Shown piece after piece: positions 10,581 through 17,262 of a DNA stretch of 64,000 nt. The notes under the pieces were generated by a model. The model saw nothing but the letters and a program-made list of their open reading frames with translations, made no database searches and was not told the origin of the DNA. This stretch comes from an uncultured Spirochaetota bacterium (GTDB lineage Bacteria > Spirochaetota > Spirochaetia > SZUA-6 > Fen-1364): assembly GCA_963781885.1 (NCBI GenBank), contig CAWAHW010000003.1, forward strand, positions 64,001-128,000. Reading direction: 5' to 3'. The translations under genes were made by a program, and so were the position numbers. Within the stretch, counting starts at the first letter, position 1; every line of letters starts with the position of its first letter.

Positions 10581-10935
10581 CCCTTCTCCATCTCTTCGGG
10601 TTGGCCTCGATGTTCAGAAGGAGTTCTAAAGAAAAAAGGAGGCTTTTAGAGCTTGACGGGGGCACATCATATCAGAACTGCTGTGTTCTGCCGATACACT
10701 ACTTGACGGGGGTTGGGGAAAATATGCCCGGGAGTGGAAATGTCGCCCCGGAAAGCATGAAACCTCTTGCATTTGTTTTTTGACTGTAGTATGCATTGCA
10801 AAGAGACGAGGGGAGGGGACCCGCCTTTCGCGCGCTATCCCGGAGGCACGACAGGACGAACAGACCGCCCGCTCAGACACCAAAGGGGCATGGCCCCTTG
10901 CGAATGCCTCATGAGATGAAGGAGTTCCGACAGAA

Positions 10936-12246
10936 ATGGAAACCAAAGTGCTGAGCACTGAGGAGGCAGAACCTCCAGGTACAATGCCCGTAGTCCAGGA
11001 GTTTGCCGAACTGGCCGGCATCCGGACTACGATGACCCGGTTCACGTCCTATTCCCGCCCGAGAAAGCCTTCGCCCGTTGCGCCCCGCTTCACCGTTTCC
11101 AATCGATCCGAAGAGTTCCGCGCGCGCTTCTTTCCCCTTGCCACGGCCGCCGAATGGTGCGACTGGCGCTGGCAGCTGCGAAACCGCGTCCGCTCGCTCG
11201 AGGACCTGGAAAAGATGGTGCGGCTCACACAGGACGAGCGCACGGCGATCGCCCGGCACACCGGATCGCTGCCTTTCGCCATCACTCCGTACTACCTGAG
11301 CCTTGTCGACCCCGACAACGCGGAACAGCCGCTGCGCCGTACGATGATCCCGGTAACGGATGAATACCTGCGTATGCCGGGTGAGGCCGCGGATCCGCTG
11401 GGTGAGGATGACGACAGCCCGGTGCCCTGCATCGTGCATCGCTATCCGGACAGGGCCCTCTTCCTTGTCGCCAACTCCTGCGCCTCCAACTGCCGCTACT
11501 GCACGCGGTCGCGCATGGTGGAAAACCCCAAGAACGACAGCATCTTCTTCCAGTCGCAGTGGGAAGAGGCCATTTCCTACATCGAAAGCCACCCCGAGAT
11601 CCGCGACGTGCTACTCTCCGGGGGCGATCCCCTGACGCTCTCCGACGAGAAGCTGGACTGGCTTCTCTCGCGGCTGCACCGCATCCCCCACGTGGAGTTC
11701 CTCCGCATCGGGACCAAGGCGCCCGTGGTGATGCCCCAGCGGATCACGACCTCGCTCCTGCGCGTGCTGAAGCGCTACCATCCCCTCTGGATGAGCATCC
11801 ATTTCACGCATCCGGAGGAGCTCACGCCCGAAACCGTGGAGGCCTGCGGACGCCTGGCGGACGCCGGCATCCCCCTGGGGAGCCAGACGGTTCTGCTGGC
11901 GGGCATCAACGACACCGTGGAGGTCATGACGCGCCTCATGCACGGCCTCTTGAAGGCGCGCGTGAAGCCCTACTACCTCTACCAGTGCGACCCGATACTC
12001 GGCTCGGCGCACTTCCGCACCCCGGTCCAGAAGGGCCTGGAGATGATCCAAGGCCTGCGGGGACACACCTCGGGATACGCGGTTCCGTCGTACGTGATCG
12101 ACGCCCCCGGGGGAGGCGGCAAGATACCCCTCCTGCCCGAATACGTCGTCGGCCGCGACGGAAATGACCTCGTGCTCCGCAATTACCAGGGTCTCCTCTT
12201 CCGCTACCCGGACACGTTGGGCGCCAAACAAGAGCCCGCGACATGA
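10936..12246 (+). CDS. kamA: KamA-family radical SAM lysine 2,3-aminomutase
   Basis: HRYPDR, CASNCRYCTR, LLSGGDPL, YYLYQCD, IDAPGGGGKIP (PLP lysine); AAGGAG SD. Confidence 0.9.
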   Translation: METKVLSTEEAEPPGTMPVVQEFAELAGIRTTMTRFTSYSRPRKPSPVAPRFTVSNRSEEFRARFFPLATAAEWCDWRWQLRNRVRSLEDLEKMVRLTQDERTAIARHTGSLPFAITPYYLSLVDPDNAEQPLRRTMIPVTDEYLRMPGEAADPLGEDDDSPVPCIVHRYPDRALFLVANSCASNCRYCTRSRMVENPKNDSIFFQSQWEEAISYIESHPEIRDVLLSGGDPLTLSDEKLDWLLSRLHRIPHVEFLRIGTKAPVVMPQRITTSLLRVLKRYHPLWMSIHFTHPEELTPETVEACGRLADAGIPLGSQTVLLAGINDTVEVMTRLMHGLLKARVKPYYLYQCDPILGSAHFRTPVQKGLEMIQGLRGHTSGYAVPSYVIDAPGGGGKIPLLPEYVVGRDGNDLVLRNYQGLLFRYPDTLGAKQEPAT

Positions 12247-12254
12247 GAAACACC

Positions 12255-12290
12255 TGCGCCGCGCCCGCAAGGGCCGCGGCGCATTCTTTT
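12255..12290 (+). terminator. Intrinsic terminator-like hairpin between kamA and the ATP-grasp gene
   Basis: TGCGCCGCG-CCC-GCAA-GGG-C-CGCGGCGCA followed by TTCTTTT. Confidence 0.55.
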
Positions 12291-12301
12291 GTGCTTCACC
12301 C

Positions 12302-13321
12302 ATGACGGCGTCGAAAATCGCACTTGTCTACGGTCGCGTCGACGCGGAAGCGCCGCTGGATGAGCGGGACGTGCTCGTTCAGGTCGACGCGGTGCGCACG
12401 GCTCTCCATTCCCTCGGGCATGCCACGATCGACGTGCCGCTCTCCCTGGACCTGGGCGCTGCTGCCGCGGCGCTTTCTGCCGCGGGGCCGCTGATCGCCT
12501 TCAACCTGGCGGAGACCATCGACGGGAAGGGGAGCCTCATCCAGCTCGCCCCGACGCTCCTGGAGAGCCTGCGCATCCCCTATACCGGGGCGCCCTCAGA
12601 GGCCGTCCTTCTCACCTCTCACAAGCTCCTGGCCAAAAAGACGCTGTCCGCGGGCGGCATCCCCACGCCGGCGTGGGCGTCCGCGAAAGAGGCCCTGAAC
12701 GGCCGCCCTCCCGGTCCCGCCCCCTGGATCGTGAAGTCGGTCTGGGAGCATGCCTCCATAGGGCTGGAGGACAGCGCCGTGGCCGGCACGGAGGAGGAGC
12801 TGGTCCGGGAGGTGCGCCGGCGGGTTGCGCGCGAATCCATCGAGCACCTTTTCGTCGAGCAGTACGTCGACGGCCGCGAGCTCAATCTGGCGCTCCTGGG
12901 CGGCCCGGCCGGCCCGCAGAACCTGCCTCCCGCCGAGATACGGTTCGTCGGCTACCCCCCTGGCAAGCCGCGCATGGTCGGCTACCGTGCAAAATGGGAC
13001 GAGGGCTCATTCGAATACGGCAATACCCCGCGGCGTTTCGACTTCCCGCCGGAGGACGAGGGGCTGCTGAAAAAGCTCGTCGCCCTGAGCAGGGAATGCT
13101 GGCGGCTTTTCGGGCTCGCGGGCTATGCCCGTGTGGACTTCAGGGTCGACGCCGCGGGGCGGGCCTGGGTCCTGGAAATCAACACGAATCCCTGCCTGGC
13201 GTTGGATGCAGGCTTCATGGCTGCTGCGGACAGGGCGGGATTGACGCTGGAACAGGTCGTCGAGAGGATCGTCGCCGAGGCGGCGCACCCCTCCGGCGGC
13301 TGCGAGGAGAGCAACGTATGA
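12302..13321 (+). CDS. D-Ala-D-Ala-ligase-like ATP-grasp amino acid ligase
   Basis: AFNLAE, IPYTG, IVKSVWEHASIG, VEQYVDGRE, GYARVDFRVD, LEINTNP. Confidence 0.88.
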   Translation: MTASKIALVYGRVDAEAPLDERDVLVQVDAVRTALHSLGHATIDVPLSLDLGAAAAALSAAGPLIAFNLAETIDGKGSLIQLAPTLLESLRIPYTGAPSEAVLLTSHKLLAKKTLSAGGIPTPAWASAKEALNGRPPGPAPWIVKSVWEHASIGLEDSAVAGTEEELVREVRRRVARESIEHLFVEQYVDGRELNLALLGGPAGPQNLPPAEIRFVGYPPGKPRMVGYRAKWDEGSFEYGNTPRRFDFPPEDEGLLKKLVALSRECWRLFGLAGYARVDFRVDAAGRAWVLEINTNPCLALDAGFMAAADRAGLTLEQVVERIVAEAAHPSGGCEESNV

Positions 13322-13818
13322 GCGTCCAGACAATCGGGTTCCGCACCACGGTCACGGAAAGCGACCCGCGCTTGGTGCGCGAGATCACCGATTCCACCGG
13401 TTTCTTCTATCCCGAGGAGGTCGAGACGGCGGTCGAGCTCGTCGACGACTGGCTCCTGAAGGGACCGCGCTGCGGATATCACTTTCTCTTTGCCGAGCAG
13501 GACGGCAGGACCGTGGGCTACACGAGCTACGGTCCCATCGCCTGCACGAAGGAAAGCTACGACCTGTACTGGATCGTCGTGGCGGGCGATTATCGCGGCA
13601 AGGGGCTGGGCACGCTGCTGCTGGAGCGGACGGAGCAGGCCATCGCCGCACTCGGCGGCACACGGATCTACATCGAAACTTCCGCGCGCCCCTTCTATCT
13701 CCCCACGCGCGCCTTTTACCTCGCGCGTGGATACAAACAGGTCGCGGAGCTGGAAGACTTCTATGCCCCCGGCGATGCAAAGGCCATGTACCTGAAGGTC
13801 ATGCCAAAGGCACGCTGA
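13318..13818 (+). CDS. GNAT family N-acetyltransferase
   Basis: YDLYWIVV..YRGKGLG, IETS, AFYLARGY, DFYAPGD; ATGA overlap with the ligase stop. Confidence 0.88.
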   Translation: MSVQTIGFRTTVTESDPRLVREITDSTGFFYPEEVETAVELVDDWLLKGPRCGYHFLFAEQDGRTVGYTSYGPIACTKESYDLYWIVVAGDYRGKGLGTLLLERTEQAIAALGGTRIYIETSARPFYLPTRAFYLARGYKQVAELEDFYAPGDAKAMYLKVMPKAR

Positions 13819-13850
13819 CATTCGCCTCCATCGCGGGTAGGCTCCTCAGC

Positions 13851-14366
13851 ATGAAGCGCGCACTGCCCGGTCTCCTTGCCGGCCTCATCCTGTTCGACAT
13901 CCTCCTGAACCTGCCGGGGCTCCGCACGGCGGCGCCCGTCGCCTCGTTGCTCGTGCCGTCGATCGACCTGCTCGTCGTCGGCGCGCTCTGCGCGGGAATT
14001 GCCCAGGCGGGAGAATCATCGCGGCAGGGTCTGCGCATCGCGATCAGCGCATTCGCAGCTCTCCTGCTCGTCTATGCCACCGGCGGCAGGTTCGGTTTCG
14101 GCATTGCGTTCCACCTCTTCGGGACCGCGGGCATCCTCGTGGCGGCAAGCTGCGTCGCGTCGCTGCTGGCCGTTGCGCTGGCGGGCGCGGCCGGCTACCT
14201 GCTCACGGGGCTTCTGGTGCGCGGGTTCGCGGCACCGCTGGTGCGCAGCATCTTCGTCCTTGTCATCGCGCTCTGCGCCGTGCTGCAGGTGCTCGTGGGC
14301 AGGCACGTCTTTGCCCCCAGCGTCATCCCGCGCATCGTCCGCGACATCGCCGCTCAGCTTCGATAG
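13851..14366 (+). CDS. Integral membrane protein of unknown function
   Basis: About five hydrophobic segments; promoter-like CTGACA-N17-TAGGCT 7 nt upstream of ATG. Confidence 0.7.
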   Translation: MKRALPGLLAGLILFDILLNLPGLRTAAPVASLLVPSIDLLVVGALCAGIAQAGESSRQGLRIAISAFAALLLVYATGGRFGFGIAFHLFGTAGILVAASCVASLLAVALAGAAGYLLTGLLVRGFAAPLVRSIFVLVIALCAVLQVLVGRHVFAPSVIPRIVRDIAAQLR

Positions 14367-15349
14367 CGGGCCATCTCGGCCTCGACGCGCGCGTGCTCGG
14401 CCTGCACCGTCGCAAGCTCCTGCTCGGACAGGAGATGCCGGCAGAGAGCGAGCGGGATCCGCACGGGCATGTGGTGGGCGTCCGCCATCCGGGCAAAAGA
14501 CCGCGTGACCTGTCGATAGTAGCTCGGTGCCGCATTGCCCCAGTCGGGCCGACCTGCCGGGACCGCCGGATAGAGACGGTCGATGCGGGCGGCAAGATCG
14601 GCATTATCTCCCGCAACCGCGCGCATGAAGTGCTCCTTCTGCCGCCCCTGCTTCAGCGTCATGCCGCCGAAGACCACGTACTGCGCGCCCGCGGCGGCCG
14701 ACGCGGCGACGCTCCGCTCGATCTCGGCAGGAGCATCGCTCAGGAACGGGACGACCGGGATGAGGAAGACGCCGCCATTGATGCCGCGTCGCCGCAGCTT
14801 GGCAAGCGCCTGGAGACGCGCCGAGGGGGGAGGGGCACCCGGCTCCAGAAGCGCGCCAACCGTGTCGTCGGCCGTGGAGATGCTGAAGCTCACCAGCGCG
14901 CTGCCGGAGGCGGCAAGGCGTCCCAGGAGGTCCGCATCGCGCAGCACCAGGGATGATTTCGTGAGGACGTGGACGGGGATGTCGTACGTGGCGAGCAGCT
15001 CCAGCACCTCGCGGGTGATCCGGCAGCGGCCTTCCGCCGGCTGATAGCTGTCGCCCACGCCGCCGCCCAGGAGGAGAAAGCCTCCCTGGCGCGCGGAGGA
15101 AAAAAGCTCGTGCTGGACCGGCCGGTCCAGGCCCAGCTCCTTGCGGAGAAGCGCGATGGCATTCGCTTTCACTTGGACGTCCGCTGCGAAATCACCGTCG
15201 ACCCGGTATTTCTCCGCCCGGCCGTCGCAGTAGGCGCAGTTGTGCGCGCAGCCGCGATAGAGGTTCATGCCGGCGCGGGACACGAAGAAGGAATCGATGC
15301 GCCGCGCCTTTCGCAGGAGTGTTTTTGCCGTGGATTCCGTGACGCCCAT
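14354..15349 (-). CDS. Radical SAM protein, SplB-like/COG1533 type
   Basis: NLYRGCAHNCAYC, DSYQPAE, LTKS.LVLRD, LEPGAPPP.ARL; no C-terminal SPASM cysteines. Confidence 0.88.
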   Translation of the reverse strand: MGVTESTAKTLLRKARRIDSFFVSRAGMNLYRGCAHNCAYCDGRAEKYRVDGDFAADVQVKANAIALLRKELGLDRPVQHELFSSARQGGFLLLGGGVGDSYQPAEGRCRITREVLELLATYDIPVHVLTKSSLVLRDADLLGRLAASGSALVSFSISTADDTVGALLEPGAPPPSARLQALAKLRRRGINGGVFLIPVVPFLSDAPAEIERSVAASAAAGAQYVVFGGMTLKQGRQKEHFMRAVAGDNADLAARIDRLYPAVPAGRPDWGNAAPSYYRQVTRSFARMADAHHMPVRIPLALCRHLLSEQELATVQAEHARVEAEMARYRS

Positions 15350-15352
15350 GGA

Positions 15353-15505
15353 TCAGCGGCCAGATGAATGCCACCAGGAGTGGCCGGACGAATGCCGCCA
15401 GCAGTGGCCGGACGAATGCCACCAGCAGTGGCCGGACGAATGCCACCAGCAGTGGCCGGAAATGTGGAAGGGGATGTGAGATGCGCATGTGTAGGTTGCT
15501 CTCAT
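15353..15505 (-). CDS. Small His/Trp/Cys-rich repeat peptide, 50 aa (not in the ORF track)
   Basis: MRATYTCASHIPFHISGHCWWHSSGHCWWHSSGHCWRHSSGHSWWHSSGR*; GGAGGT SD 12 nt upstream; stop 3 nt before the radical SAM ATG. Confidence 0.6.
   Translation of the reverse strand: MRATYTCASHIPFHISGHCWWHSSGHCWWHSSGHCWRHSSGHSWWHSSGR
15359..15460. repeat. Tandem repeat, four 24-bp units plus a partial unit
   Basis: Consensus GCCGGACGAATGCCACCAGCAGTG at 15359, 15383, 15407 and 15431; no spacers. Confidence 0.97.
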
Positions 15506-15554
15506 CGAGAGACCTTTACCTCCATCGGGAGGCCCCTGCTTCTCACAATCCCCT

Positions 15555-15575
15555 TCAGTGATGAATGTGATTCAT
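15555..15575 (-). CDS. Putative leaderless leader peptide MNHIHH
   Basis: ATG AAT CAC ATT CAT CAC TGA, beginning 7 nt after a perfect TATAAT. Confidence 0.4.
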   Translation of the reverse strand: MNHIHH

Positions 15576-15582
15576 CGCGGTC

Positions 15583-15611
15583 ATTATAGACCCCGGGCAT
15601 TGTGAATGCAA
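15583..15611 (-). promoter_or_regulatory. Sigma70-type promoter
   Basis: TTGCAT-N17-TATAAT on the minus strand. Confidence 0.75.
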
Positions 15612-15724
15612 CGAAAATGTGCGCGTGATGCAACTCATTTCCTTTTCACGAGATAGCGCGCCGAGCGGACGCGTGGCCCTGTCCGTCATTGCACCTCGTG
15701 CGGGGAAAATGTAGTCTCTGCCTG

Positions 15725-16735
15725 ATGGACAGCATGTTGAAAGCGCGTGAGATACACGCGCGGAGCGCCGTGATCGACGCGCACGCCGACACGTTCGGAC
15801 GCTACCTCGATGCACCGGATGGTTTCTTCGGGGCCGGGCGGGAAGGGCACCTGGACAGCAGGAGGATGCGGGAGATCGGCCAGAATGTGCAGGTCATGGC
15901 CATCTATACCCCGCCTGAAAAGACCGGCCCTGCCGCGTTGGAATACGGGCGCGCCTTCCTGCGGGCAATCGACAAGGTATTCGACTCGCCGCTCAATCTG
16001 CGGCTCACCCCGCCGTATCGGCGCATCCTGACGGCCGCCGACCTCGATGAGGCCTGTCGGCCCGGCTGTTTCGGGTTCCTTCTTTTCATCGAAGGCGCCT
16101 CGCCGCTCTGCGGCAGCAGGGACAACCTGGAGCTTTTCCATCGCATGGGCATCCGGGGCATCACGGTCACGCACAACCACGACAATGAAGCGGCGCGGGG
16201 ATGCTTCGCGGAAGGACCCGACAGCGGGCTCACCGCTTTCGGCAGGGAAATGGTCACGGCGATGTTCGACCTCGGCATGACGGTTGACCTCGCGCATTCG
16301 AACGAGCGGGTCTTCTGGGACGTCATGTCCATTGCCCGCCGGCCGGTGATCGATTCGCACACGGGCCTCCGCTCGTTCTGGGATCACCCACGCAACCTGC
16401 GCGACGAGCAGGTGAAGGCCGTTGCCGGCACCGGCGGGGTGGTCTGCATCGACTTCGTGCCCGATCATCTCTGCCTGCGCGCGGAGCCGAAGAAACCCGT
16501 GGGCATCGGCCAGGTCGTTCGGGTCATCACGCGCACCGTGGAGATCGCGGGCGTGGCGCACGTGGGGCTGGGCGCAGACTGGGACGGCTTCGAGGAGACC
16601 GTGGAAGGCCTGGAGGACTGCGCGAAGCTTCCGCGGCTCACCGCGGCGCTCCTGGACGCGGGGTATGCGGAAGCTGACGCCGCAATGATACTTGGTGGAA
16701 ACCTCCAGCGCGCGCTCACGGGGGCAATGGCATGA
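15725..16735 (+). CDS. Membrane dipeptidase (peptidase M19)
   Basis: VIDAHAD, IEGA, VDLAHSN, DSHTG, HPRNL.D, HVGLGADWDG, ILGGN. Confidence 0.92.
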   Translation: MDSMLKAREIHARSAVIDAHADTFGRYLDAPDGFFGAGREGHLDSRRMREIGQNVQVMAIYTPPEKTGPAALEYGRAFLRAIDKVFDSPLNLRLTPPYRRILTAADLDEACRPGCFGFLLFIEGASPLCGSRDNLELFHRMGIRGITVTHNHDNEAARGCFAEGPDSGLTAFGREMVTAMFDLGMTVDLAHSNERVFWDVMSIARRPVIDSHTGLRSFWDHPRNLRDEQVKAVAGTGGVVCIDFVPDHLCLRAEPKKPVGIGQVVRVITRTVEIAGVAHVGLGADWDGFEETVEGLEDCAKLPRLTAALLDAGYAEADAAMILGGNLQRALTGAMA

Positions 16736-17250
16736 GCGATCCGCTGCCGCACCAGGTAAGCAAGATCGACTGGGCGACGTGGGTGCCGACCGAGCGGGCG
16801 ACGCTGCTTTTTGTCGTGCGCGACGGCAGCATCCTCCTCATCGACAAGAAAACCGGCCTGGGCGCCGGCAAGATCAACGGGCCCGGCGGACGCATCGACC
16901 CCGGGGAGACCGCCCTCCAGGGCGCCATCCGGGAGGTGCGGGAGGAGCTTTGCGTGACGCCTACGGGCGTGCGGGAGGCCGGCGAGCTTTCCTTCCAGTT
17001 CCTCGACGGCTATTCGCTGCACGGCGCCGTCTTCACGGCAAGCGGTTTCGACGGTGAGCTGTGCGAGACCCGGGAGGCGCGGCCGCGCTGGACGCCCGTG
17101 GACAGCATCCCCTACGACCGCATGTGGGCCGACGACCGGCTCTGGATCCCGCACATGCTGGAAGGCCGACGTTTCATCGGCTGGTTCATCTTCGACGACG
17201 ATAGGATGCTCGATTCCCGGGTCCACGTCGACGCGCCCGGCCCGCGCTGA
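16732..17250 (+). CDS. NUDIX hydrolase (MTH1-like 8-oxo-dGTPase)
   Basis: GPGGRIDPGETALQGAIREVREEL Nudix box; IPYDRMWADDRLW. Confidence 0.88.
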   Translation: MSDPLPHQVSKIDWATWVPTERATLLFVVRDGSILLIDKKTGLGAGKINGPGGRIDPGETALQGAIREVREELCVTPTGVREAGELSFQFLDGYSLHGAVFTASGFDGELCETREARPRWTPVDSIPYDRMWADDRLWIPHMLEGRRFIGWFIFDDDRMLDSRVHVDAPGPR

Positions 17251-17262
17251 TATAATCATATC

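Larger units (their letters stand above)
9190..10676 (+). mobile_element. IS110-family insertion sequence, IS1111-like organisation
   Basis: Subterminal inverted repeats ATATGAAGTGCCCCC (9195-9209) and GGGGGCACATCATAT (10658-10672) match 14/15; AGA core at both ends; long 3' non-coding region; lower GC than the flanks. Confidence 0.85.
9078..10683. mobile_element. Small MITE-like element (~120 bp of own sequence) with an 11-bp flanking direct repeat, interrupted by the IS110-family element
   Basis: Direct repeat TGTTCTGCCGA at 9067-9077 and 10684-10694. Left end TAGCAATTCTCATTATGG is an inverted match to the reconstituted right end CCAAAATGAGA|ACTGCTG; a further internal copy GCAGTTCTCATTTTG lies at 9108-9122. 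Confidence 0.6.

Noticed and set aside
10791-10919. 42-aa ORF or guanidine-type riboswitch upstream of kamA (ACGA motifs)
   Set aside because: The ACGA motifs lack closing stems, and the ORF has no SD with its ATG overlapping a -10-like TAGTAT; no support beyond chance.
12302-13321. Housekeeping ddl
   Set aside because: Substrate-loop motifs diverge and the context is kamA/GNAT, not a cell-wall cluster.
15359-15460. 24-bp repeats as a CRISPR array
   Set aside because: Units are contiguous with no unique spacers, and no cas genes are present.
15192-15488. RPLLVAFV-repeat ORF (-) and WPDECHQQ-repeat ORF (+) as the real product of the repeat
   Set aside because: The first has no SD, overlaps the rSAM gene out of frame and takes non-synonymous repeat changes. 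The second is antisense to the promoter and has no SD. Neither is formally excluded.
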